From Myxococcales bacterium (GTDB lineage Bacteria; Myxococcota_A; UBA9042): DNA of 64,000 bases. The notes under the pieces were generated by a model. It ran no database searches and had not been told where the DNA came from. It saw only the letters and a list, made by a program, of their open reading frames with translations. The translations under genes were made by a program, and so were the position numbers. Shown one piece after another: positions 1 through 9,921 of the stretch; positions within the stretch are counted from its first letter, which is position 1; the number at the start of each line of letters is the position of its first letter. The stretch covers positions 9,615 to 73,614 of the forward strand of contig PBTG01000079.1 of NCBI GenBank assembly GCA_002726535.1, in the 5' to 3' direction.

Positions 1-1221
1 GGCATCGAAGTAGTCATCAAAGGTTTCTCCCATCCAGAGGATGGGATGTCTCGCGTCTGGCACATACATCTGCTCGGCCAGTCCGGGATGATGCTGGACC
101 TGGTCATTAGGGGCCTGCGCAAGGCGGGATTTGAGATGTCGGGCTCTGCCCCGCTGATCCGAGGGAGGCTCACTCAAATCCTCAACCGCGCTGAGGTTGC
201 TGGGATGCGCCAGGCGGTCAGGGATGCAGAGCGCAACAAGAAAGAGGTCCTACAGAAAGCAGAGATCCAAGCGGCGGCGACGGTTGCTAACGAGACAAAC
301 AGCGAACTCGAGCAGCTAAAGGGGGAGGTAGACCGCCTTAAGGAATTAATCGAGGACATGGCTCTTCTGCCTGCTGCTCGTGGAGCGCGGGGGCCACAAG
401 GTGCATCAGGAAAAGACGGCGTCAACGGGTCAGAGCTCGACCTTGACAACGCTTCTTTGAGCGATCTAGGGAACGTCTCGGATGAGAGGCCTCTCGAGAA
501 AATGGTCCTGACGTGGACCGACAACATGTGGCGCCCTTCCAAGGTGCCGATCAGTCGGATCAGCAATATCACGCCTGGAGGCGGCGGCGGCGGAGGTGGC
601 GGAGGTGGCGATGCAAGCCTGACCATCCAACAGCGAAGCCGTGACGACCTGAGCGCACCCCCAACGGGCACGATCGAAAACATCTCAACGCTGTCTTTCG
701 ATACAGAGTCCGGCTTCGAGGTTCAGGATCTAGGCAACGGCTCGCTCGAGGCGTTCATCAAGATGAACTCGACGTTCAACCCATGGCAGGTCGACGGCGA
801 GACGACGCTCCAAGCGACGGGCGAGGAGCCAGTCGAGTTCGTGGGCGGCCCTGGTGTGACGATCACGACCGATGCGACCACAGACCCGAAGCAAATTATC
901 TTCGAGGCCAGTGGCGGCGCGGGTGGCGGCATCCCAGAGGCTCCGCTCGACTCGCGCTACTACGTCAGATTCAACGGGACTTGGGTCGACCTGCAAGCAG
1001 CTCTAGCTCATCTGATGGTTGGCGACGGTGGCGCATTCAGGCCCGAAGGGGATGGCGGTGATTTCGCTGCGGGAACGTCCGTCACAACGACAGACCAAGT
1101 CTTCGACGGTGGCGATTTCACTGCCGGCACCTCTGAGGCCACAGATGACCAAATCATCGAAGGCACAGATGTATCCAGCCCCTACTTCGGGACAACTACT
1201 GGCCCTGAAAACTACGGCTAA
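1..1221 (+). CDS. Tail-fibre-like structural protein, 5'-truncated at the window edge (coiled-coil region, collagen-like G-X-Y triplets, poly-Gly tract)
   Basis: The frame of ORF 46..1221 stays open back to nt 1, so the gene starts upstream of the window. Translation shows a charged heptad-like segment, GARGPQGASGKDGVNG triplets and an 11-Gly run encoded by GGN codons at ~577-609. A GGAACC motif follows the stop at 1224. Confidence 0.5.
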   Translation, partial: GIEVVIKGFSHPEDGMSRVWHIHLLGQSGMMLDLVIRGLRKAGFEMSGSAPLIRGRLTQILNRAEVAGMRQAVRDAERNKKEVLQKAEIQAAATVANETNSELEQLKGEVDRLKELIEDMALLPAARGARGPQGASGKDGVNGSELDLDNASLSDLGNVSDERPLEKMVLTWTDNMWRPSKVPISRISNITPGGGGGGGGGGGDASLTIQQRSRDDLSAPPTGTIENISTLSFDTESGFEVQDLGNGSLEAFIKMNSTFNPWQVDGETTLQATGEEPVEFVGGPGVTITTDATTDPKQIIFEASGGAGGGIPEAPLDSRYYVRFNGTWVDLQAALAHLMVGDGGAFRPEGDGGDFAAGTSVTTTDQVFDGGDFTAGTSEATDDQIIEGTDVSSPYFGTTTGPENYG

Positions 1222-1256
1222 CGGAACCCTTACACGACGAGCAAGTCTCGAAAATT

Positions 1257-1541
1257 ATGCCAACCCCAACACCACGTAATCCGATCAGGCCGGCCCGCGG
1301 AAATTACGCGGACTTGCTGGCGAACATTCTCAGCCTTTATGAGGGCGAGCTTTGCTACGCGGTCGACCAGGACATCCTTTACGCAGTGGAGCAAGGCGCT
1401 TTACAGCCAGTCAATGAATTAGCAGTCCCAGGCTCTGACCCCTTGCTGACCAATATTCAAAACGCACAGCCAGGCGATTCCCTTAACTACAACGGCAGTC
1501 AGTGGGTCAGCGGGGGGCCTCAAGACGGCGGAAACTTTTAG
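1257..1541 (+). CDS. Small fibre-associated protein (C-terminal NGSQWV motif resembling fibre C-termini)
   Basis: ORF track. N-terminal NYADLLANILSLYEGELCYA resembles the N-terminal motif of neighbouring fibre ORFs. C-terminal GDSLNYNGSQWV resembles the ...WNG..WVP endings at 36960 and 38520. Confidence 0.35.
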   Translation: MPTPTPRNPIRPARGNYADLLANILSLYEGELCYAVDQDILYAVEQGALQPVNELAVPGSDPLLTNIQNAQPGDSLNYNGSQWVSGGPQDGGNF

Positions 1542-1595
1542 GAAGGCTTTGAGCTGGAAGCCTGAAGGGACCTGATCGATCGGTCTCTTTTTTTT

Positions 1596-3083
1596 ATGGC
1601 TAACCAAATCCGAATAAAGCGCAGGGCGAGCTCGGGCTCGGCAGGCGCCCCTGCATCACTCCTAAACGCAGAACTCGCTTACAACGAAGCTGACAACGTT
1701 CTGTATTACGGCTATGGCGACAACGGCTCAGGCGTTGCCACCTCCGTGGTCTCCGTTGCTGGCAACGGCAACAGCGTTTCACTGGGTACGACCCAGACGA
1801 TCACTGGAGACAAAACGTTCTCGGGCCTCCTAGACGCCACGGGCACCTTCAAAATCGACGGAGTAGAGGTCACCGCTTCTGCTGCTGAAATCAACTATCT
1901 GGTCGGCGTAACGTCAGGCGTCCAGGCCCAGATTGACGGCAACGAAACTCATATAGACAACTTGGCCACCCTTTCTGGCGTTGCCAAAGACGGGGTCGAC
2001 CTTGGCGCGTTTACTGGATCGACAATTGCTGATGACCTAACTATCAAGTCAGCCTTCCAGGCCCTGGAGACAGCCCTCGAGGACGGCTCAGGCCAGGTAA
2101 CCGCTGATAGCGGAACTGCTGAGTACGTCAGCGGCAACCTCAACATCAACGGCGGCACAGGCCTCAGCACGACCGGCGACAACTCGCAGACATTGTCGAT
2201 CGCTCTCGACAACACAGCCGTCACCGCTGCTGCCTATGGCACAGCCGATGCCGTCCCCTCCTACACAGTGGACGCACAGGGACGCTTAACCGCTGCCGCC
2301 GATGTCTCCATCGACATCGTCCACACACAGGTCTCCGACTTCGATGCAGGCGTACAGACCAACACCCTCGACAGCCTGGCTCAGCCTGTTGCTGCGGTTG
2401 TACTGAACGGACAGAAGATCACCGGCCTTGCCGACCCTGTGAACGCGCAGGACGCCGCAACGAAGGCCTACTGCGACGCCACTGCGAACGGCTTAGACGT
2501 CAAGGACTCCGTTCGTGCCGCTACGACCGCCAACGTCACTCTGAGCGGTACTCAGACCGTTGATGGCGTATCTCTGGCGTCTGGTGACCGCGTGCTGGTT
2601 AAAGACAACACAGACGCAAGCGAGAACGGTATCTATGACGTCGTTGACGGTGGCGCGTGGGTTCGTTCTGCGGACGCCGACAACAACCCCGGATCTGAGG
2701 TCACCTCAGGGATGTTCACCTTCGTTGAAGAAGGCACCAACTACGCCGACGCTGGCTTTGTCCTGCAGACGACCGGCGCAATCGTCCTCGACACCACCGA
2801 CCTGGCTTTTGTTCAGTTCTCCGGCGCTGGTCAGATCACCGCTGGGAACGGCCTCGCCAAGAGTGGCAACACACTCGATGTGGGCACTGCTGACGCAACT
2901 CGCATCGTCGTCAACGCTAATGACGTCGACCTGGCCACTCATGGCACCGCCGGCACCTACAACGGCCTGACCGTTGACGCCTACGGACGTGCGAGCAGCT
3001 TTGTTCAGCCAACGACCATCGCTGCTTACGGGATCACCGACGGCCTGACGACAAGCTCCATCGTCGACGGCGGCACGTTCTGA
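1596..3083 (+). CDS. Tail fibre protein (495 aa)
   Basis: ATG at 1596 follows a T-run. N-terminus IRIKRR..P.SLLNAELAYNE.DNVLYYG carries the shared fibre anchor motif. Composition is Ala/Gly/Thr/Val-rich. C-terminal GDRVLVKDNTDASENGIYDVVDGGAWVRSADAD is a classic phage fibre/tailspike tip motif. Confidence 0.6.
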   Translation: MANQIRIKRRASSGSAGAPASLLNAELAYNEADNVLYYGYGDNGSGVATSVVSVAGNGNSVSLGTTQTITGDKTFSGLLDATGTFKIDGVEVTASAAEINYLVGVTSGVQAQIDGNETHIDNLATLSGVAKDGVDLGAFTGSTIADDLTIKSAFQALETALEDGSGQVTADSGTAEYVSGNLNINGGTGLSTTGDNSQTLSIALDNTAVTAAAYGTADAVPSYTVDAQGRLTAAADVSIDIVHTQVSDFDAGVQTNTLDSLAQPVAAVVLNGQKITGLADPVNAQDAATKAYCDATANGLDVKDSVRAATTANVTLSGTQTVDGVSLASGDRVLVKDNTDASENGIYDVVDGGAWVRSADADNNPGSEVTSGMFTFVEEGTNYADAGFVLQTTGAIVLDTTDLAFVQFSGAGQITAGNGLAKSGNTLDVGTADATRIVVNANDVDLATHGTAGTYNGLTVDAYGRASSFVQPTTIAAYGITDGLTTSSIVDGGTF

Positions 3084-3209
3084 TAGATCCGTGAACCGAG
3101 GAACCCTAGTGCTCGGGATGGATCGGCCCTCGCCACTGCGGGGGCTTTTTCTTTGCAACGGGAATCCTAGTTCGAACAGGCCTAGATAGGCCGCAACACT
3201 GACGCCAAA

Positions 3210-3524
3210 ATGGCCAACACTGTCAAGCTAAAGCGCTCTGCAGTAGCGGGAAAAGTCCCGTCGACAGGGGATCTTGCCCTGGGCGAATTAGCTCTCAATA
3301 CGTTTGACGGCAAGGCATACATCAAAAAATCAGCCAACGGTACGGATGAGGTCATTGAGATCGGCTCAGCCAGTACGCCGATGGTGCTCACTACCAAGCG
3401 CGTGATCGACGAGAACGTGGTTGTGGCTAGCGGTGAAAATATTCTCAGCATCAACGACGTCACTGTCGCAAATGGATTCTCGGTTGAGGTCCCGACAGGT
3501 AGTACGTGGATCGTTGTGGGGTAG
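3210..3524 (+). CDS. Short fibre-like protein with the N-terminal anchor motif
   Basis: N-terminus VKLKRSAVAGKVPSTGDLALGELALNTFDGKAYIKK matches the motif of ORFs 1596, 33695 and 37472. Preceded by a GGAATCC..GTTCGAAC element. Confidence 0.4.
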   Translation: MANTVKLKRSAVAGKVPSTGDLALGELALNTFDGKAYIKKSANGTDEVIEIGSASTPMVLTTKRVIDENVVVASGENILSINDVTVANGFSVEVPTGSTWIVVG

Positions 3525-3692
3525 TCCGGGTTCTGAAAGGAACAGGTAGACTAAAAACGTCCTTTACACAGTTCTTGTCTCCAAAACGGACGGTTTAAGT
3601 AACCCCTAGGGCGGCCTGAGAACCCGCTCTTTTTTTATCGTCTTTCGGAAGCCTTGGGCGACCGGGCAGATGCCCACCGCGAAAATCGCCTT

Positions 3693-6617
3693 ATGGCATT
3701 CGGGAAGATTTACGTCGACGAGGTTATCGACTCAAATGGAGACACTCTCGACATTTCAGAACTCACCTCCAACGAGGCGACTAATGCAGCTAAGGGCTAC
3801 TTATCAGCAGCAGACAAGGCCAAGCTTGATGGTGTTGCTGCAGGTGCAGAGGTCAACGCAGTCACAAGCGTTAACGGCTCGACGGGTGCCGTCACTGTTC
3901 AGGGCTTCTCAGGCGATTATGCAGACTTAACTAATAAGCCAACAATTCCAACAATTGACCCAAATACTGTTATCGACAGCGGCTATGTAGCAACTGACGA
4001 GAACTTCACAACGTCAGACCACAGCAAGCTGGATGGCATTGAGACTGCAGCAACAGCAGACCAAACCAAAGCAGATATTGATGCACTAAATATTGACGCC
4101 GATACCCTTGATGGACAGCATGGTTCTTATTATACTGGTTATACAGACACGGCAGTTGCGGGTCTCGTATATTCTTCCCCAGCCACTTTAGATACATTAA
4201 ATGAATTAGCAGCAGCTTTAGGGGATGACCCTAATTTTGCCACTACAACTGCCAACAGTATTGGCACTAAGTTGTCAAAATCTGGCGGTCAGATGACGGG
4301 GAATATAACGTTCTCTGGGTCACAAACTGTTGATGGTAGAGATTTATCTGCTGATGGGGCCAAGCTGGATGGCGTTGCCGCAGGTGCCCAGGTCAACGCG
4401 GTCACATCGGTGAACGGCGCAACTGGCGCTGTCACGGTCCAGGGCTTCTCTGGCGCGTACGCCGACCTAACAGGCAAGCCAACGTTAGGCACTGCAGCAG
4501 CTACAGCATCCAGTGCCTACGCCACATCGACCCAGGGTGCTACGGCCGACAGTGCTCTACAGCCAGGGGACGCCAACCCTGTGATGGTTTCTGCTGTTGG
4601 AGATCTCCCCAGCGCATCATCGAATCATGGAGCAGTGATTCATGTCCACAATGAGGGCGCGATGTACTTCGCTCACTCAGGCTCATGGCACAAGCTGCAG
4701 AACGAGTCCTCGGCTTTCTCTGGGTCATACAGCAACCTGAGCAATAAGCCGACGATCATTGCGAACACCTTCAGCACGTCAGCACCCTCATCACCTAGTA
4801 CCGGTGATCTTTGGGTAGACACAACAGACACCCCTCCGGTCCTGAAGTCGTACAACGGCACAGCATGGGTTGCTGTTGGATCTGCAGGTTCCTCAACGAG
4901 CGCACCTGTGATCAATGGCGTGACGTTGTCAGAAGTTGACAGCTCAGGTGATCGCTTCACTAGCGAGTCCTTCACTGTCGCGGTCAATATGCTCGACGAT
5001 GGCTCTCCTATCAGTCAGAAGGGCGTCAAGGGCAAGGTCACCGCAACATTCGAGCAGTTCCCAGTAAGTAACGCTATTACGGCTGGGACGGTATCTACTT
5101 CCCAGACTAGTGAGGGCAATACGACTAAAGATAGTTCAACCAACCTGACACACAACGAGAGTACGGGGGCAGTCTGTTTCAACGTCGTAGACACAAGCAC
5201 TAATTCGGTTAGGTGCTTTATGTGGTATCCCGAGGGCAGCGGTAGTAGCTACGACGATATGTTAGAGAACAGCGGGAAAGATCTGTTAGCTTATACCAGC
5301 GTCGATAATGACTTTTACGGCACCGGTGAATACAAGCAGGGATTAGCCGGTGTGCAAAATAGATTGGGCACCTGGGTAAATATTATGGGCAGGCACAACA
5401 ATGTACAAGCGGCCTTCGAGGTGTCCGGGCTTCTGTCGGGCAACCCTGTAAGGTCAAACAAGAACGAAGTGTCGACAGATGCCTATATATATGTTTCTAA
5501 TGGAAGATCGTTTACTCGATATGATTTAAACCGACAAAATGGTATTAGTTTGTTTTTGGGAGGCGTTCCCTATAGCGGTGGTGGCGGCCCATACTTCATG
5601 GAAACCTTGAGCGATAGGATATTCATTGTCTCACAAAGTAGCACCAGCGGTTCTCTTTGGACTAAAGAGCTAACAGACGCTGCCAGTGCCAACTTGTCCA
5701 ACGGCAACTACATTTACCAAGATAATAATCAATCGGGCTTCAACCGGTACGACATAACGGGCTGCATTTTTCACAAAGGAAAAGTATTAATAAGTAAGGG
5801 CATTAACGGGGGCGGTATTTACGCATTTACCCCAGGCACCTCAAGTCCTACGATTTCAGGCATACCAGCGGCACCTTCTGGTTATCAAAATACTTACGGT
5901 GCGATCTGGGAAGATCCCCTTGGCAATTTAATACTTAGGACAACACACTTTAGCACCGATTGGTCGACTCAAGCTGCTTTCTACTATTCGAGTAACAACA
6001 ACGGCGCGACATGGGTTGCTAATCACTACCCATACGATTCAAACTTTAATTATGAGTATTGGACCCCAGACCTCTACCTATACGGACGGCGTCAAAAGTC
6101 CAAAAGAATAAAAGGCAGCGGCTTATCTGCCACTGTGACAAAGCAGGTCTACACAATACGCTCTCAGACGCTCACCGTCACAAATGGAGCAGATCTGAGT
6201 TCCCTGAACGTTGGAGACATCGTTAGACCGCCCGGCGAGACGGATCCACTTAAGTACTCAAAGATTGATTCAATCTCTTCGAATGGCAATGGGACGACAA
6301 ACGTTGTAGTCAATGGCTTCAATGATTTCGCTGTAGGCGATGTAATTGAGTCCACCGCATCCACCGGATCTGCTACCTCGACGAGGTTCCTCGTGATCAA
6401 TGCTCAGGGCGCCATTACGACCCATCAAGTCAGCGACCCTGGCTTTGTAACTCAAGGCCCTGGAGCGTCACACACGATCACGTTCCCTGCGACGTTCCCT
6501 ACAGGTAACTCTCCAGATGATGAGCTACCTAGTGGAACAACAATCCAGGTCGACGTCCAGGCCGTCAACTCTGAGGCCTCTGACACCTACGCATCCAACA
6601 CCCTCACCCCTTCCTAA
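3693..6617 (+). CDS. Large tail fibre / receptor-binding protein, paralogue A (frame open from TTG 3654; first ATG 3693)
   Basis: Two copies of a ~50-aa KLDG(V/I)xAGAxVNAVTSVNG(S/A)TGAVTVQGFSG repeat. Central region has Asp-box-like SNNNGATW. The C-terminal 80 aa is nearly identical to paralogue B (..ITFPATFPTG..DDELPSGTTIQVD..NTLTPS). The conserved 5' UTR is shared with 6642-6700. Confidence 0.65.
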   Translation: MAFGKIYVDEVIDSNGDTLDISELTSNEATNAAKGYLSAADKAKLDGVAAGAEVNAVTSVNGSTGAVTVQGFSGDYADLTNKPTIPTIDPNTVIDSGYVATDENFTTSDHSKLDGIETAATADQTKADIDALNIDADTLDGQHGSYYTGYTDTAVAGLVYSSPATLDTLNELAAALGDDPNFATTTANSIGTKLSKSGGQMTGNITFSGSQTVDGRDLSADGAKLDGVAAGAQVNAVTSVNGATGAVTVQGFSGAYADLTGKPTLGTAAATASSAYATSTQGATADSALQPGDANPVMVSAVGDLPSASSNHGAVIHVHNEGAMYFAHSGSWHKLQNESSAFSGSYSNLSNKPTIIANTFSTSAPSSPSTGDLWVDTTDTPPVLKSYNGTAWVAVGSAGSSTSAPVINGVTLSEVDSSGDRFTSESFTVAVNMLDDGSPISQKGVKGKVTATFEQFPVSNAITAGTVSTSQTSEGNTTKDSSTNLTHNESTGAVCFNVVDTSTNSVRCFMWYPEGSGSSYDDMLENSGKDLLAYTSVDNDFYGTGEYKQGLAGVQNRLGTWVNIMGRHNNVQAAFEVSGLLSGNPVRSNKNEVSTDAYIYVSNGRSFTRYDLNRQNGISLFLGGVPYSGGGGPYFMETLSDRIFIVSQSSTSGSLWTKELTDAASANLSNGNYIYQDNNQSGFNRYDITGCIFHKGKVLISKGINGGGIYAFTPGTSSPTISGIPAAPSGYQNTYGAIWEDPLGNLILRTTHFSTDWSTQAAFYYSSNNNGATWVANHYPYDSNFNYEYWTPDLYLYGRRQKSKRIKGSGLSATVTKQVYTIRSQTLTVTNGADLSSLNVGDIVRPPGETDPLKYSKIDSISSNGNGTTNVVVNGFNDFAVGDVIESTASTGSATSTRFLVINAQGAITTHQVSDPGFVTQGPGASHTITFPATFPTGNSPDDELPSGTTIQVDVQAVNSEASDTYASNTLTPS

Positions 6618-6624
6618 GACATCA

Positions 6625-6644
6625 GGGGCTTCGGCCCCTTTTTT
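6625..6644 (+). terminator. Rho-independent terminator
   Basis: GGGGC-TTCG-GCCCC followed by TTTTTT, immediately after the stop of the fibre gene. Confidence 0.7.
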
Positions 6645-6699
6645 ATTGCTTATTCGGAAGCCTTTTGCGACCGGGCAGATGCCCACAGCTCACCCGCAA

Positions 6700-9570
6700 A
6701 TGTCGGATTCCTACGGAAAAATAAAAGTCGACGAGATCGAAAATTCAGACGGAACTCTGCTCGATCTAACGACAGCAGTGACGACAGAAGCGACGACCTC
6801 AACGAAGGGCTACTTATCCGCAGCAGACAAGGCCAAGCTCGACGGTATCGAGGCCGGCGCTGAAGTCAATGGGGTGACTTCTGTCAACGGCTCGACCGGG
6901 GCCGTGACCATTCAGGGCTTCTCTACAGCAAACAATGCCAAGCTCGACGGGATCGAAACAGGGGCTACGGCAGATCAAACTAAAGCAGATATTGATGCGC
7001 TGAACGTTGACGCAGATACCCTTGACGGTCAACACGGCTCTTATTACACAGGCTATGCGGATACAGCAGTTGCAAGCCTTGTAGATTCGTCTCCTAGCAC
7101 TCTTGATACGCTTAATGAGCTTGCCGCGGCACTTGGTGATGACCCTAACTTTGCGACTACGGTAACCAATAGTATTGGCACTAAGTTACCACTTGCTGGT
7201 GGTCAGATGACGGGAAACATAGCGTTTTCCGGGTCACAAACTGTTGATGGTAGAGATTTATCTGCTGATGGTTCTAAACTTGATGGAATCTCTGCAGGTG
7301 CAGAGGTCAACGCAGTCACAAGCGTTAATGGTGCGACGGGTGCCGTCACTGTTCAAGGATTTTCAGGCGATTACGACGACTTGACTAATAAGCCAGACGG
7401 CTCAGGTTCAGGATTAGATGCTGACAAGGTTGATGGTCTTGAAGCAACTAGTTTCTTAAGATCTGATGCTAATGCTACTTATAACGGTGGTATGCTGACC
7501 ATCAGGTCAAATAGTAACGTCGGAAATTACTGGGCAACAGGTATAGAATATGACAGTGGATGGAAGCATACAAACGCAAATAGTTGGGGATTTGCTTTTA
7601 GGAATAATGGAACCAATGGTTTGCAAATTAAAGTCGCTTCTGAAGCAGGAACAAACCAAAGTGCTGCAACTTACAGGGTGCTGGATATTGGTGGCGCTAC
7701 TCAGAGATTAAAATATGACAACTATGATGTTTGGCACGCAGGAAATTCGACCCCCATTGAGAATGCTTTTGGGTCTTCAGCGCCCTCATCACCTAGTACC
7801 GGCGACTTCTGGGTAGACACCACAGACGACCCCCCGGAGCTCAAGTCATACGATGGTACGGCCTGGGTCCCCATGGGCTCCTCAGCTCCAACCGTTAGCG
7901 CTCCAATCATCAACGGCGTCACGCTGGCAGAAGACAACACGTCCGGCGCTCGCTTCACGAGCAAAGGATTTACGGCAACGATCAACATGCTCAACGACGG
8001 CGCCCCTATTAGCCAAAAAGCTGTAAAGGGCAAGGTCACCGCAGCATTTGAAACGTTCCCAGCTATGCCCGCTGCGTCCTCCAACAGCAGCTCGAGTTAT
8101 GCGAACGGATCTTCTCTTACCGTTCTCAACCGCTGGCAGGTCGACGCCGACGGTGTTCGGATACCAGTCAACGAGCCAGGTCGCAGAGGCTTTCTGACCC
8201 TTTACAGATACGCAGCCAATAATTCGACGGCGCAATCTTTCTACTTCTCCGACGACATGGATATGGAATGGTATAACAGTGGCACCCTGCTTCTCAGTGA
8301 TTTCGGAAACCAAACCACGAAGCCGACATACACAAACATCGTACATCCGACTAACAATAACGCGATAACCCTATACAACGCCTACACTAAGGACAGGGCT
8401 TATGTGATGTACTGGGACGCGAATGGTGCCTTCCAGGTTGCCAATCAATTAGGCGGCCAGGTACTCACTGATCCAGACAATCCGAACAGCGAATATTTTC
8501 AATGGAGCAGCCAGACTAATGGGAGCATGAAAAGAATGGACAAGTATCCCAGCCCAACTACGACCACCACTTCTAACGGCGCCAAAAACTCACTCGGTTT
8601 GTATAACGTTGATGATACGTTTGCTGTAGGGAATGGCATCATTGTTGCCGCAGGACGCAGCTCGGGTGGTAACAATTATCGACCCACTATCTTCACCCGC
8701 CCCGTCAACTTCGGCCAAAACTCCGGCCCTACTAGCTACTTTTTCGGGGCATCGTCAAACAGGAACATTAACTTCATTAAGTACGTGAAGGGCTACTTCT
8801 GGCTTGTCGATAATTCAGAATTGTTCCGGTCATCCACGGGAGCACAGAGCAGTTGGACGTCTATTAATACTAGCTATAACGGAAATGGTCAAAAGCTTAA
8901 GGACATAACAGTCGACCAGAACGGGCACCTGGTCGGCGTGTTCGTCCAAAACAGCAACGGCTCCTCCCGGATGATGAAATCCAATAACTTTGGAGCTACC
9001 TGGGTCTTGTACGGCAGCCTGTCGAACCCTCCTACGAGCGAATATCAGTCCGTTTTCGTTGCAAACAACAGGATTTACGCCTCGGTTCACACCCATTCTG
9101 CGACGATAAACTGGGCCAAGGTAAACACTCAGACAGTCACAGTCTCATCGACTGGCGGTGATTACAACGAATTCAACGTGGGTGACCTTGTCAAGCCTCA
9201 AGGCTCAACCGACTCAGGCGACGTCGGCAAGATCGAGTCAATCTCCGGCACAAGTATTGGCCTCGACTCCCAGTATCTCTACCAAGTGGGAGATGTAATT
9301 GAGGCGACCAACTCAACAGGAACCGCCACCGCGACCCGGTATCTCGTGATTAGCGGGACCGGTGCTATCTCGACCCATCAGGCGAGCGACCCTGGATACG
9401 TGACTCTCAACGCTGGCACCTCCCAGACGATCACCTTCCCCGCAACATTCCCGACAGGCGAAACACCTGACGATGAACTGCCCAGCGGAACGACCATCCA
9501 GGTCGACATCCAGGCGACCAACTCCCAGGCCTCCGACACCTATCCATCCAACACCCTCACCCCTTCCTGA
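6700..9570 (+). CDS. Large tail fibre / receptor-binding protein, paralogue B (alternative ATG 6679; ORF track starts 6517 overlapping upstream gene)
   Basis: Its N-terminal KLDG/VNAVTSVNG repeats and C-terminal 80 aa match paralogue A. The central ~650 aa differ and contain Asp-box-like SNNFGATW. The stop overlaps the downstream chaperone start (TGATCATG). Confidence 0.65.
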   Translation: MSDSYGKIKVDEIENSDGTLLDLTTAVTTEATTSTKGYLSAADKAKLDGIEAGAEVNGVTSVNGSTGAVTIQGFSTANNAKLDGIETGATADQTKADIDALNVDADTLDGQHGSYYTGYADTAVASLVDSSPSTLDTLNELAAALGDDPNFATTVTNSIGTKLPLAGGQMTGNIAFSGSQTVDGRDLSADGSKLDGISAGAEVNAVTSVNGATGAVTVQGFSGDYDDLTNKPDGSGSGLDADKVDGLEATSFLRSDANATYNGGMLTIRSNSNVGNYWATGIEYDSGWKHTNANSWGFAFRNNGTNGLQIKVASEAGTNQSAATYRVLDIGGATQRLKYDNYDVWHAGNSTPIENAFGSSAPSSPSTGDFWVDTTDDPPELKSYDGTAWVPMGSSAPTVSAPIINGVTLAEDNTSGARFTSKGFTATINMLNDGAPISQKAVKGKVTAAFETFPAMPAASSNSSSSYANGSSLTVLNRWQVDADGVRIPVNEPGRRGFLTLYRYAANNSTAQSFYFSDDMDMEWYNSGTLLLSDFGNQTTKPTYTNIVHPTNNNAITLYNAYTKDRAYVMYWDANGAFQVANQLGGQVLTDPDNPNSEYFQWSSQTNGSMKRMDKYPSPTTTTTSNGAKNSLGLYNVDDTFAVGNGIIVAAGRSSGGNNYRPTIFTRPVNFGQNSGPTSYFFGASSNRNINFIKYVKGYFWLVDNSELFRSSTGAQSSWTSINTSYNGNGQKLKDITVDQNGHLVGVFVQNSNGSSRMMKSNNFGATWVLYGSLSNPPTSEYQSVFVANNRIYASVHTHSATINWAKVNTQTVTVSSTGGDYNEFNVGDLVKPQGSTDSGDVGKIESISGTSIGLDSQYLYQVGDVIEATNSTGTATATRYLVISGTGAISTHQASDPGYVTLNAGTSQTITFPATFPTGETPDDELPSGTTIQVDIQATNSQASDTYPSNTLTPS

Positions 9571-9572
9571 TC

Positions 9573-9854
9573 ATGAACGAACAACAGCAAAAAGCAGCGC
9601 AGGCTCTATTCGAGACCTACGACCAAAGAGTTCAAGACACGTCCTTAACTGTCGAGGCCGCATGGTCTAACAAGTTGGCAGGCGAGGCCGTGATCAAGAG
9701 ACAAGGCCTTCTCCAGGCCTCTGACTGGACACAACTACCAGACGTTCCGGTAGACAAGCCAGCGTGGGCCACCTACAGGCAGGCGCTAAGGGACATAACG
9801 GAACAACAGGACTATCCGTTGCTGATCGACTGGCCAGAGGCTCCCTCCGCCTAG
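9573..9854 (+). CDS. Tail fibre assembly chaperone (Caudovirales Tfa-like)
   Basis: C-terminal AWATYRQALRDITEQQDYPLLIDWPEAP matches the conserved W..YR..L..I....P..I.WP..P end of the lambda Tfa / tail fibre assembly family. It lies directly downstream of the fibre gene with 2-nt spacing. A terminator follows at 9862-9883. Confidence 0.6.
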   Translation: MNEQQQKAAQALFETYDQRVQDTSLTVEAAWSNKLAGEAVIKRQGLLQASDWTQLPDVPVDKPAWATYRQALRDITEQQDYPLLIDWPEAPSA

Positions 9855-9861
9855 TAATACC

Positions 9862-9883
9862 GGCCCCTTCGGGGGCTTTTTTG
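9862..9883 (+). terminator. Rho-independent terminator
   Basis: GGCCCC-TTC-GGGGGC followed by TTTTTTG, after the Tfa-like gene. Confidence 0.7.
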
Positions 9884-9921
9884 TTGCCCCTTCGGAACCC
9901 TGACGCAGCAGCGGTTCCCGA

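Noticed and set aside
577-609. GGN-rich run as a sequencing or assembly artefact.
   Set aside because: It is in frame and encodes Gly11 inside a Gly-rich collagen-like region of a fibre protein. That is biologically plausible.
3670-3930. ORF 3670..3930 starting at the conserved ATGCCCAC of the shared fibre 5' UTR.
   Set aside because: It is out of frame with the long fibre ORF and short. The conserved ATGCCCAC is in a different frame in the paralogous copy at 6679, so conservation is at the nucleotide (regulatory) level, not a coding signal.
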